Assembly (NCBI RefSeq): GCF_009914755.1
Contig: NC_060948.1
Reading direction: 5' to 3' (one strand)
DNA: 64,000 bases
Source of the DNA: the human T2T-CHM13v2.0 reference genome, Homo sapiens
Shown here: positions 28,429 to 42,668 of the stretch, piece by piece
Layout: each line of letters opens with the position of its first letter
Position numbering within the stretch: the stretch's first letter is position 1
Made by a program: the position numbers and the translations under genes
Notes under the pieces: model-generated
Seen by the model: the letters and a program-made list of their open reading frames with translations, nothing else
Databases searched by the model: none
What the model was told of the DNA's origin: nothing

Positions 28429-31400
28429 TGGTATAGAATGGAATGGTATCATCTGGAATGGAATTGAATGGAATGGAATAATATGAAATGGAATGGAATG
28501 GAATGGAATGGAATGCCCTTGAATTAAATGGACTGGAATGGAATGGACTCGAACAGAGTGGAATGGAAAGTGTTGAGATAGAATGGAATGGACTCCTTTG
28601 GAATGGTCTAGTATGCAATGCAATCGACTGGCAGGGAATCAAAAGGAATGTAATGGAATGGACTGGACTGGAATGCAATGGACTCGAATAGATTGGAAAC
28701 GGAATGCAAAGGAATGGAATGGAATAGTATGGAATGGAATGGAAAGGAATGGAGTGGAATAGACTAGAGTGGAATGGAATGGACTGGAAAGCAATGGACT
28801 GGAATGGAACTTTCTTGAATGGACTGGAATCAAACGGAATGGAATGCAATGCAATCAAATGGCATGGAATAAAATAGAATGAAGAAAATGAAATGGAATT
28901 GAATCGAATGGAATCGAATGGATTGGAAAGGAATAGAATGGAATGGAATGGAATTGACTCAAATGGAATGGACTAGAATGGAATGGATTCGAATGGAAGG
29001 CAAAGGAATGGAATCTATTGGAATGGACTGTAATGGAATGGAATGGAAGGGATTGGAATGGACTCGAATGGAATGGACTGCAATAGAAAGGATTCGAATG
29101 GAATGAAAAAGAATTGAATGGAATAGAACAGAATGGAATCAAATCGAATGAAATGGAATGGAATAGAAAGGAATGGAATGAAATGGAATGGAAAGGATTC
29201 GAATGGAATGCAATCGAATGGAATGGAATCGAACGGAATGGAATAAAATGGAAGAAAACTGGCAAGAAATGGAATCGCAATGAATGGAGTGTTATGGAAC
29301 GGACTCAAAAGGAATTGAATGTAATAGAATGGAGTGGAGTGGACTCGAATATAATGGACTGGAAAGGAATGAAATCACATGGAATGGGAACGAATGGAAT
29401 GGAATGGAAAGGAATGGAATCGAATGGAAAGGAATCGAATGGAAGGGAATGAAATTGAATCAACAGGAATGGAAGGGAATAGAATAGACGGTAATGGAAT
29501 GGACTCGAATAGAATGGACACGAATGCTCAAATTGAATGGACTCGAATGGAATGGAAACGAAAGGAATGTCATCGAATGGAATTGAATCGATTGGAATGA
29601 AATCGCATAGAATGGAGTGGAATCAAATGGAATTGAATCGAAAGGAAAGGAAGCAAATGGACTGAAATGAAATGGAATGGAATTGAATGGAAAGTTATGT
29701 AATGGAATACAATGGAACGAAATTTCACGGAATGGAATCAAACTGAATGGAATCAAATCAATGGAATCAAATCAAATGGAATGGAAAGGAATTGAATGGA
29801 GTAGGTTGGATGGGATGGGATTGGAATGAAATGTACTGGAAAGGACTCGAATTTCATGAAACGGAATGGAATGAATTGGAACGGAATGGATTCGAATGGA
29901 ATGGAATGTCAGGGAATGGCATCAAATGGAATGGCATCAAATGGAATGGAATCGAATGCAATGGAATGCTATGGAATGGAATGGAATGCATTGGAATGGA
30001 ATGTCCTCTAATGGAATGGATTCGAGTGGAATGGAATCGAATATAATGGAGTCGAATGAAATGGAATTGAAAGGAATAGGATCGAATACAATGGAATATA
30101 CTGGAATGTAATTTAATGAACTCGAATGTAATTGACTGGAATGGAATGTACATGAATGGAATGTAATCGAATGGAAAGTAATCCAATGGAATAGAATCTA
30201 ATGCAATAAAATCGACTCAGATAGAGTAGAATGTAATGGAATGGAGTGCAGTGCAATGGAATGGAATGGAATGGAATGCAATGGAATGGAATGGAATGGA
30301 ATGGAATGGAATGGAATGGAATGGAATGGAATGGTGTGGAATGGATAGTAATGGACTGGAGTGAAATGGACTGGAAAGGAATGGACTCAAATTGAAAGGG
30401 CTCGAAAGGAATGGAATCAAATGGAATGGTCTGGAATGGAATGAACACGAATGTAATGCAATCCAATAGAATGGAATCGAATGGCATGGAATATAAAGAA
30501 ATGGAATCGAAGAGAATGGAAACAAATGGAATGGAATTGAGTGGAATGGAATTGAATGGAATGGGAACGAATGGAGTGAAATTGTATGCAGTAGAAGAGA
30601 ATAGAATGGAATGCAAGCGAAAGGAAAGGAATGGATTGGAATGGAATGCAATTCATTGGAATGGAAGGGAATGTAGTGTAATGGACAGGCCTGGAATAAA
30701 GTGGAATGCTACGGTCTCGAATGGAATAAAAATGTATGGAATGGAATGCAATGAAACGGAATCGAATGTCATAGAATGTAATGGAATGCAACAAAATGGA
30801 ATCCAAAATCATTGACTGGAAAGGCTGGGTGTCGAAAGGAATTGACTCCAATGGAATGGAATCGAATGGAATGGAAGTGAATAGAATCGAACTAAATCGA
30901 ATGGAATGGAATTGATAGGAACGGAATGGAAAGGAATGCAATGATTTGGCATGGAATGGAATCGAATGGCATCGAATGGAATGGAATGGAATGCAATGGA
31001 ATGGAATGTATTAGAATGTAATGAACTTTAATGGAATGTACTCGAATGGATTCGACTGGAATGGAATGTTCTGGAAGTGAATGGACTCCAATGGAATGGA
31101 TTCCAAAGGAATGGAATCGTACGGAATGGAATCTAATGGAATGGAATTAAATGGAAATGAATCAAATTGAATAGCACGGAATTGAATTGAATGGAATGGA
31201 ATGCAATGGAATCTAATGAAACGGAAAGGAAAGGAATGGAATGGAATGGAATGGGCTGGAATGGAAAGGAATCGAAACGAATGGAATGGAATCGAACTGA
31301 AGAGACTGGAATGGAATGCACTGGAATGGAAGGGAGTGTAATGGAAGGTTCTCGAAAAAAATGGAATCGAATGGAATGGAATTGAATGGAACGGAATAGA

Positions 31401-31991
31401 GTCGAATGGAATTGAATGGAATGGAATGGACTAGAGTGAAATGGAATCGAACCACAAGGGATGGACAGGAATACAATGGTCTCGAATTGAATGGAATCGT
31501 ATGGAATGGCATCAAACGGAATGGAATGGACAGCCACGGAATGGAATGCACTCGAATGCAATGGAGTCGAAACTAATGGACTGGAATAGAATGGACTCGA
31601 CTGGTACGGACTCCAATGGAATGGAATCGAATGGAAGGGAATCGAACGGAATGGACTCGAAGGGAAAAGACTGCAATGGAAAGGTCTCGAATGGAATGGA
31701 AATTAATGGAATGGAATGGAATCGAATGAAATGGAGTCAAAAGGAATGGAATCGAATGGCAAGAAATTGAATGTAATGGAATCGCCAGGAATTGATGTGA
31801 ACGGAACGGAATGGAATGGAATCCAAATGAATGGAATAGAATGAAATGGAATCGAATGGAAAGGACTCGAATGGAAATCACTCGAATAGAATGCAATTTA
31901 ATAAAATAGGAACAAATGTAATGGAATGGAATGGAAAGGAATCGAAACGAAAGGAATGGAGACAGATGGAATGGAATGGAACAGAGAGCAA
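28429..31991 (+). repeat. DYZ1 unit copy 9 (3563 bp)
   Basis: Landmark spacing; HaeIII 30688; EcoRI lost (CAATTC 30649); net 1-bp loss near 28885. Confidence 0.9.
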
Positions 31992-34900
31992 TGGTATAGA
32001 ATGGAATGGAATCATCTGGAATGGAATTGAATGGAATGGAATAATATGAAATGGAATGGAATGGAATGGAATGGAATGCCCTTGAATTAAATGGACTGGA
32101 ATGGAATGGACTCGAACAGAGTGGAATGGAAAGTGTTGAGATAGAATGGAATGGACTCCTTTGGAATGGTGTAGTATGCAATGCAATCGACTGGCAGGGA
32201 ATCAAAAGGAATGTAATGGAATGGACTGGACTGGAATGCAATGGACTCGAATAGATTGGAAACGGAATGCAAAGGAATGGAATGGAATAGTATGGAATGG
32301 AATGGAAAGGAATGGAGTGGAATAGACTAGAGTGGAATGGAATGGACTGGAAAGCAATGGACTGGAATGGAACTTTCTTGAATGGACTGGAATCAAACGG
32401 AATGGAATCCAATGCAATCAAATGGCATGGAATAAAATAGAATGAAAGAGAATCAAATGGAATTGAATCGAATGGAATCGAATGGATTGGAAAGGAATAG
32501 AATGGAATGGAATGGAATTGACTCAAATGGAATGGACTAGAATGGAATGGATTCGAATGGAAGGCAAAGGAATGGAATCTATTGGAATGGACTGTAATGG
32601 AATGGAATGGAAGGGATTGGAATGGACTCGAATGGAATGGACTGCAATAGAAAGGATTCGAATGGAATGAAAAAGAATTGAATGGAATAGAACAGAATGG
32701 AATCAAATCGAATGAAATGGAATGGAATAGAAAGGAATGGAATGAAATGGAATGGAAAGGATTCGAATGGAATGCAATCGAATGGAATGGAATCGAACGG
32801 AATGGAATAAAATGGAAGAAAACTGGCAAGAAATGGAATCGAAATGAATGGAGTGTTATGGAACGGACTCAAAAGGAATTGAATGTAATAGAATGGAGTG
32901 GAGTGGACTCGAATATAATGGACTGGAATGGAATGAAATCACATGGAATGGGAACGAATGGAATGGAATGGAAAGGAATGGAATCGAATGGAAAGGAATC
33001 GAATGGAAGGGAATGAAATTGAATCAACAGGAATGGAAGGGAATAGAATAGACGGTAATGGAATGGACTCGAATAGAATGGACACGAATGCTCAAATTGA
33101 ATGGACTCGAATGGAATGGAAACGAAAGGAATGTCATCGAATGGAATTGAATCGATTGGAATGAAATCGCATAGAATGGAGTGGAATCAAATGGAATTGA
33201 ATCGAAAGGAAAGGAAGCAAATGGACTGAAATGGAATGGAATGGAATTGAATGGAAAGTTATGTAATGGAATACAATGGAACGAAATTTCACGGAATGGA
33301 ATCAAACTGAATGGAATCAAATCAATGGAATCAAATCAAATGGAATGGAAAGGAATTGAATGGAGTAGATTGGATGGGATGGGATTGGAATGAAATGTAC
33401 TGGAAAGGACTCGAATTTCATGAAACGGAATGGAATGAATTGGAACGGAATGGACTCGAATGGAATGGAATGTCAGGGAATGGCATCAAATGGAATGGCA
33501 TCAAATGGAATGGAATCGAATGCAATGGAATGCTATGGAATGGAATGGAATGCATTGGAATTGAATGTCCTCTAATGGAATGGATTCGAGTGGAATGGAA
33601 TCGAATATAATGGAGTCGAATGAAATGGAATTGAAAGGAATAGGATCGAATACAATGGAATATACTGGAATGTAATTTAATGAATTCGAATGTAATTGAC
33701 TGGAATGGAATGTACATGAATGGAATGTAATCGAATGGAAAGTAATCCAATGGAATAGAATCTAATGCAATAAAATCGACTCAGATAGAGTAGAATGTAA
33801 TGGAATGGAGTGCAGTGCAATGGAATGGAATGGAATGGAATGCAATGGAATGGAATGGAATGGAATGGAATGGAATGGAATGGAATGGAATGGTGTGGAA
33901 TGGATAGTAATGGACTGGAGTGAAATGGACTGGAAAGGAATGGACTCAAATTGAAAGGGCTCGAAAGGAATGGAATCAAATGGAATGGTCTGGAATGGAA
34001 TGAACACGAATGTAATGCAATCCAATAGAATGGAATCGAATGGCATGGAATATAAAGAAATGGAATCGAAGAGAATGGAAACAAATGGAATGGAATTGAG
34101 TGGAATGGAATTGAATGGAATGGGAACGAATGGAGTGAAATTGTATGCAGTAGAAGAGAATAGAATGGAATGCAAGCGAAAGGAAAGGAATGGATTGGAA
34201 TGGAATGCAATTCATTGGAATGGAAGGGAATGTAGTGTAATGGACAGGCCTGGAATAAAGTGGAATGCTACGGTCTCGAATGGAATAAAAATGTATGGAA
34301 TGGAATGCAATGAAACGGAATCGAATGTCATAGAATGTAATGGAATGCAAAAAAATGGAATCCAAAATCATTGACTGGAAAGGCTGGGTGTCGAAAGGAA
34401 TTGACTCCAATGGAATGGAATCGAATGGAATGGAAGTGAATAGAATCGAACTAAATCGAATGGAATGGAATTGATAGCAACGGAATGGAAAGGAATGCAA
34501 TGATTTGGCATGGAATGGAATCGAATGGCATCGAATGGAATGGAATGGAATGCAATGGAATGGAATGTATTAGAATGTAATGAACTTTAATGGAATGTAC
34601 TCGAATGGATTCGACTGGAATGGAATGTTCTGGAAGTGAATGGACTCCAATGGAATGGATTCCAAAGGAATGGAATCGTACGGAATGGAATCTAATGGAA
34701 TGGAATTAAATGGAAATGAATCAAATTGAATAGCACGGAATTGAATTGAATGGAATGGAATGCAATGGAATCTAATGAAACGGAAAGGAAAGGAATGGAA
34801 TGGAATGGAATGGGCTGGAATGGAAAGGAATCGAAACGAATGGAATGGAATCGAACTGAAGAGACTGGAATGGAATGCACTGGAATGGAAGGGAGTGTAA

Positions 34901-35550
34901 TGGAAGGTTGTCGAAAAAAATGGAATCGAATGGAATGGAATTGAATGGAACGGAATAGAGTCGAATGGAATTGAATGGAATGGAATGGACTAGAGTGAAA
35001 TGGAATCGAACCACAAGGAATGGACAGGAATAGAATGGTCTCGAATTGAATGGAATCGTATGGAATGGCATCAAACGGAATGTAATGGACAGCCACGGAA
35101 TGGAATGCACTCGAATGCAATGGAGTCGAAACTAATGGACTGGAATAGAATGGACTCGACTGGTACGGACTGCAATGGAATGGAATCGAATGGAAGGGAA
35201 TCGAACGGAATGGACTCAAAGGGAAAAGACTGCAATGGAAAGGTCTCGAATGGAATGGAAATTAATGGAATGGAATGGAATCGAAAGAAATGGAGTCAAA
35301 AAGAATGGAATCGAATGGCAAGAAATCGAATGTAATGGAATCGCAAGGAATTGATGTGAACGGAACGGAATGGAATGGAATCCAAAGGAATGGAATAGAA
35401 TGGAATGGAATCGAATGGAAAGGACTCGAATGGAAATCACTCGAATAGAATGCAATTTAATAAAATAGGATCAAATGTAATGGAATGGAATGGAAAGGAA
35501 TCGAAACGAAAGGAATGGAGACAGATGGAATGGAATGGAACAGAGAGCAA
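31992..35550 (+). repeat. DYZ1 unit copy 10 (3559 bp)
   Basis: Landmark spacing; HaeIII 34247; canonical EcoRI lost (34208), new EcoRI 33682. Confidence 0.9.
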
Positions 35551-38500
35551 TGGTATAGAATGGAATGGAATCATCTGGAATGGAATTGAATGGAATGGAA
35601 TAATATGAAATGGAATGGAATGGAATGGAATGGAATGCCCTTGAATTAAATGGACTGGAATGGAATGGACTCGAACAGAGTGGAATGGAAAGTGTTGAGA
35701 TAGAATGGAATGGACTCCTTTGGAATGGTCTAGTATGCAATGCAATCGACTGGTAGGGAATCAAAAGGAATGTAATCGAATGGATTGGACTGGAATGCAA
35801 TGGACTCGAATAGATTGGAAACGGAATGCAAAGGAATGGAATGGAATAGTATGCAATGGAATGGAAAGGAATGGAGTGGAATAGACTAGAGTGGAATGGA
35901 ATGGACTGGAAAGCAATAGACTGGAATGGAACTTTCTTGAATGGACTGGAATCAAACGGAATGGAATGCAATGCAATCAAATGGCATGGAATAAAATAGA
36001 ATGAAAGAGAATCAAATGGAATTGAATCGAATGGAATCGAATGGATTGGAAAGGAATAGAATGGAATGGAATGGAATTGACTCAAATGGAATGGACTAGA
36101 ATGGAATGGATTCGAATGGAAGGCAAAGGAATGGAATCTATTGGAATGGACTGTAATGGAATGGAATGGAAGGGATTGGAATGGACTCGAATGGAATGGA
36201 CTGCAATAGAAAGGATTCGAATGGAATGAAAAAGAATTGAATGGAATAGAACAGAATGGAATCAAATCGAATGAAATGGAATGGAATAGAAAGGAATGGA
36301 ATGAAATGGAATGGAAAGGATTCGAATGGAATGCAATCGAATGGAATGGAATCGAACGGAATGGAATAAAATGGAAGAAAACTGGCAAGAAATGGAATCG
36401 AAATGAATGGAGTGTTATGGAACGGACTCAAAAGGAATTGAATGTAATAGAATGGAGTGGAGTGGACTCGAATATAATGGACTGGAATGGAATGAAATCA
36501 CATGGAATGGGAACGAATGGAATGGAATGGAAAGGAATGGAATCGAATGGAAAGGAATCGAATGGAAGGGAATGAAATTGAATCAACAGGAATGGAAGGG
36601 AATAGAATAGACGGTAATGGAATGGACTCGAATAGAATGGACACGAATGCTCAAATTGAATGGACTAGAATGGAATGGAAACGAAAGGAATGTCATCGAA
36701 TGGAATTGAATCGATTGGAATGAAATCGCATAGAATGGAGTGGAATCAAATGGAATTGAATCGAAAGGAAAGGAAGCGAATGGACTGAAATGAAATGGAA
36801 TGGAATTGAATGGAAAGTAATGCAATGGAATAGAATGGAACGAAATTTCACGGAATGGAATCAAACTGAATGGAATCAAATCAATGGAATCAAATCAAAT
36901 GGAATGGAAAGGAATTGAATGGAGTAGAATGGATTGGATGGGATTGGAATGAAATGTACTGGAAAGGACTCGAATTTCATGAAACGGAATGGAATGAATT
37001 GGAACGGAATGGACTCGAATGGAATGGAATGTCATGGAATGGCATCAAATGGAATGGCATCAAATGGAATGGAATCGAATGCAATGGAATGTTATGGAAT
37101 GGAATGGAATGCATTGGAATGGAATGTCCTCTAATGGAATGGATTCGAGTGGAATGTAATCGAATATAATGGAGTCGAATGAAATGGAATTGAAAGGAAT
37201 GGGATCGAATAGAATGGAATATACTGGAATGTAATGTAATGAACTCGAATGTAATTGACTGGAATGGAATGTACATGAATGGAATGTAATCGAATGGAAA
37301 GTAATCCAATGGAATAGAATCTAATGCAATAAAACCGACTCAGATAGCGTAGAATGTAATGGAATGGAGTGCAGTGCAATGGAATGGAATGGAATAGAAT
37401 GCAATGGAATGGAATGGAATGGAATGGAATGGAATGGAATGGAATGGAATGGAATGGGATGGAATGGTATGGAATGGATAGTAATGGACTGGAGTGAAAT
37501 GGACTGGAAAGGAATGGACTCAAATTGAAAGGGCTCGAAAGGAATGGAGTCAAATGGAATGGTCTGGAATGGAATGAACACGAATGTAATGCAATCCAAT
37601 AGAATGGAATCGAATGGCATGGAATATAAAGAAATGGAATCGGAGAGAATGGAATTGAATGGAATGGAATTGAATGGAATGGGAACGAATGGAGTGAAAT
37701 TGTATGCAGTAGAAGGGAATAGAATGGAATGCAAGCGAATGGAAAGGAATGGATTGGAATGGAATGGAATTCATTGGAATGGAAGGGAATGCAGTGTAAT
37801 GGACAGGCCTGGAATAAAGTGGAATGCTACGGTCTCGAATGGAATAAAAATGTATGGAATGGAATGCAATGAAATGGAATCGAATGTCATAGAATGTAAT
37901 GGAATGCAACAAAATGGAATCCAAAATCATTGACTGGAAAGGCTGGGTGTCCAAAGGAATTGACTCCAATGGAATGGAATCGAATGGAATGGAAGTGAAT
38001 AGAATCGAACTAAATCGAATGGAATGGAATTGATAGGAACGGAATGGAAAGGAATGCAATGATTTGGCATGGAATGGAATCGAATGGCATCGAATGGAAT
38101 GGAATGGAATGCAATGGAATGGAATGTATTAGAATGTAATGAACTTTAATGGAATGTACTCGAATGGATTCGACTGGAATGGAATGTTCTGGAAGTGAAT
38201 GGACTCCAATGGAATGGATTCAAAAGGAATGGAATCGTACGGAATGGAATCTAATGGAATGGAATTAAATGGAAATGAATCAAATTGAATAGCACGGAAT
38301 TGAATTGAATGGAATGGAATGCAATGGAATCTAATGAAACGGAAAGGAAAGGAATGGAATGGAATGGAATGGGCTGGAATGGAAAGGAATCGAAACGAAT
38401 GGAATGGAATCGAACTGAAGAGACTGGAATGGAATGCACTGGAATGGAAGGGAGTGTAATGGAAGGTTCTCGAAAAAAATGGAATCGAATGGATTGGAAT

Positions 38501-39109
38501 TGAATGGAACGGAATAGAGTCGAATGGAATTGAATGGAATGGAATGGACTAGAGTGAAATGGAATCGAACCACAAGGAATGGACAGGAATAGAATGGTCT
38601 CGAATTGAATGGAATCGTATGGAATGGCATCAAACGGAATGGAATGGACAGCCACGGAATGGAATGCACTCGAATGCAATGGAGTCGAAACTAATGGACT
38701 GGAATAGAATGGACTCGACTGGTACGGACTCCAATGGAATGGAATCGAATGGAAGGGAATCGAACGGAATGGACTCGAAGGGAAAAGACTGCAATGGAAA
38801 GGTCTCGAATGGAATGGAAATTAATGGAATGGAATGGAATCGAATGAAATGGAGTCAAAAGGAATGGAATCGAATGGCAAGAAATCGAATGTAATGGAAT
38901 CGCAAGGAATTGATGTGAACGGAACGGAATGGAATGGAATCCAAAGGAATGGAATAGAATGGAATGGAATCGAATGGAAAGGACTCGAATGGAAATCACT
39001 CGAATAGAATGCAATTTAATAAAATAGGATCAAATGTAATGGAATGGAATGGAAAGGAATCGAAACGAAAGGAATGGAGACAGATGGAATGGAATGGAAC
39101 AGAGAGCAA
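35551..39109 (+). repeat. DYZ1 unit copy 11 (3559 bp)
   Basis: Landmark spacing; HaeIII 37806; 15-bp deletion near 37652. Confidence 0.9.
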
Positions 39110-42100
39110 TGGTATAGAATGGAATGGAATCATCTGGAATGGAATTGAATGGAATGGAATAATATGAAATGGAATGGAATGGAATGGAATGGAATGCCCT
39201 TGAATTAAATGGACTGGAATGGAATGGACTCGAACAGAGTGGAATGGAAAGTGTTGAGATAGAATGGAATGGACTCCTTTGGAATGGTGTAGTATGCAAT
39301 GCAATCGACTGGCAGGGAATCAAAAGGAATGTAATCGAATGGATTGGACTGGAATGCAATGGACTCGAATAGATTGCAAACGGAATGCAAAGGAATGGAA
39401 TGGAATAATATGGAATGGAATGGAAAGGAATGGAGTGGAATAGACTAGAGTGGAATGGAATGGACTGGAAAGAAATGGACTGGAATGGAACTTTCTTGAA
39501 TGGACTGGAATCAAACGGAATGGAATGCAATGCAATCAAATGGCATGGAATAAAATAGAATGAAAGAGAATCAAATGGAATTGAATCGAATGGAATCGAA
39601 TGGATTGGAAAGGAATAGAATGGAATGGAATGGAATTGACTCAAATGGAATGGACTAGAATGGAATGGATTCGAATGGAAGGCAAAGGAATGGAATCTAT
39701 TGGAATGGACTGTAATGGAATGGAATGGAAGGGATTGGAATGGACTCGAATGGAATGGACTGCAATAGAAAGGATTCGAATGGAATGAAAAAGAATTGAA
39801 TGGAATAGAACAGAATGGAATCAAATCGAATGAAATGGAATGGAATAGAAAGGAATGGAATGAAATGGAATGGAAAGGATTCGAATGGAATGCAATCGAA
39901 TGGAATGGAATCGAACGGAATGGAATAAAATGGAAGAAAACCGGCAAGAAATGGAATCGAAAGGAATGGAGTGTTATGGAACGGACTCAAAAGGAATTGT
40001 ATGTAATAGAATGGAGTGGAGTGGACTCGAATATAATGGACTGGAATGGAATGAAATCACATGGAATGGGAACGAATGGAATGGAATGGAAAGGAATGGA
40101 ATCGAATGGAAAGGAATCGAATGGAAGGGAATAAAATTGAATCAACAGGAATGGAAGGGAATAGAATAGACGGTAATGGAATGGACTCGAATAGAATGGA
40201 CACGAATGCTCAAATTGAATGGACTCGAATGGAATGGAAACGAAAGGAATGTCATCGAATGGAATTGAATCGATTGGAATGAAATCGCATAGAATGGAGT
40301 GGAATCAAATGGAATTGAATCGAAAGGAAAGGAAGCGAATGGACTGAAATGAAATGGAATGGAATTGAATGGAAAGTAATGCAATGGAATAGAATGGAAC
40401 GAAATTTCACGGAATGGAATCAAACTGAATGGAATCAAATCAATGGAATCAAATCAAATGGAATGGAAAGGAATTGAATGGAGTAGATTGGATTGGATGG
40501 GATTGGAATGATATGTACTGGAAAGGACTCGAATTTCATGAAACGGAATGGAATGAATTGGAAAGGAATGGACTCGAATGGAATGGAATGTCATGGAATG
40601 GCATCAAATGGAATGGCATCAAATGGAATGGAATCGAATGCAATGGAATGCTATGGAATGGAATGGAATGCATTGGAATGGAATGTCCTCTAATGGAATG
40701 GATTCGAGTGGAATGGAATCGAATATAATGGAGTCGAATGAAATGGAATTGAAAGGAATGGGATCGAATACAATGGAATATACTGGAATGTAATGTAATG
40801 AACTCGAATGTAATTGACTGGAATGGAATGTACATGAATGGAATGTAATCGAATGGAAAGTAATCCAATGGAATAGAATCTAATGCAATAAAATCGACTC
40901 AGATAGAGTAGAATGTAATAGAATGGAGTGCAGTGCAATGTAATGGAATGGAATGGAATGCAATGGAATGGAATGGAATGGAATGGAATGGAATGGAATG
41001 GGATGGAATGGTATGGAATGGATAGTAATGGACTGGAGTGAAATGGACTGGAAAGGAATGGACTCAAATTGAAAGGTCTCGAAAGGAATGGATTCAAATG
41101 GAATGGTCTGGAATGGAATGAACACGAATGTAATGCAATCCAATAGAATGGAATCGAATGGCATGGAATATAAAGAAATGGAATCGAAGAGAATGGAAAC
41201 AAATGGAATGGAATTGAATGGAATGGAATTGAATGGAATGGGAACGAATGGAGTGAAATTGTATGCAGTAGAAGGGAATAGAATGGAATGCAAGCGAAAG
41301 GAAAGGAATGGATTGGAATGGAATGGAATTCATTGGAATGGAAGGGAATGTAGTGTAATGGACAGGCCTGGAATAAAGTGGAATGCTACGTTCTCGAATG
41401 GAATAAAAATGTATGGAATGGAATGCAATGAAACGGAATCGAATGTCATAGAATGTAATGGAATGCAAAAAAATGGAATCCAAAATCATTGACTGGAAAG
41501 GCTGGGTGTCGAAAGGAATTGACTCCAATGGAATGGAATCGAATGGAATGGAAGTGAATAGAATCGAACTAAATCGAATGGAATGGAATTGATAGGAACG
41601 GAATGGAAAGGAATGCAATGATTTGGCATGGAATGGAATCGAATGGCATCGAATGGAATGGAATGGAATGCAATGGAATGGAATGTATTAGAATGTAATG
41701 AACTTTAATGGAATGTACTCGAATGGATTCGACTGGAATGGAATGTTCTGGAAGTGAATGGACTCCAATGGAATGGATTCAAAAGGAATGGAATCGTACG
41801 GAATGGAATCTAATGGAATGGAATTAAATGGAAATGAATCAAATTGAATAGCATGGAATTGAATTGAATGGAATGGAATGCAATGGAATCTAATGAAACG
41901 GAAAGGAAAGGAATGGAATGGAATGGAATGGGCTGGAATGGAAAGGAATCGAAACGAATGGAATGGAATCGAACTGAAGAGACTGGAATGGAATGCACTG
42001 GAATGGAAGGGAGTGTAATGGAAGGTTCTCGAAAAAAATGGAATGGAATGGAATGGAATTGAATGGAACGGAATAGAGTCGAATGGAATTGAATGGAATG

Positions 42101-42668
42101 GAATGGACTAGAGTGAAATGGAATCGAACCACAAGGAATGGACAGGAATAGAATGGTCTCGAATTGAATGGAATCGTATGGAATGGCATCAAACGGAATG
42201 GAATGGACAGCCACTGAATGGAATGCACTCGAATGCAATGGAGTCGAAACTAATGGACTGGAATAGAATGGACTCGACTGGTACGGACTCCAATGGAATG
42301 GAATCGAATGGAAGGGAATCGAACGGAATGGACTCGAAGGGAAAAGACTGCAATGGAAAGGTCTCGAATGGAATGGAAATTAATGGAATGGAATGGAATC
42401 GAATGAAATGGAGTCAAAAGGAATGGAATCGAATGGCAAGAAATCGAATGTAATGGAATCGCAAGGAATTGATGTGAACGGAACGGAATGGAATGGAATC
42501 CAAAGGAATGGAATAGAATGGAATGGAATCGAATGGAAAGGACTCGAATGGAAATCACTCGAATAGAATGCAATTTAATAAAATAGGATCAAATGTAATG
42601 GAATGGAATGGAAAGGAATCGAAACGAAAGGAATGGAGACAGATGGAATGGAATGGAACAGAGAGCAA
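39110..42668 (+). repeat. DYZ1 unit copy 12 (3559 bp)
   Basis: Landmark spacing; HaeIII 41365. Confidence 0.9.
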
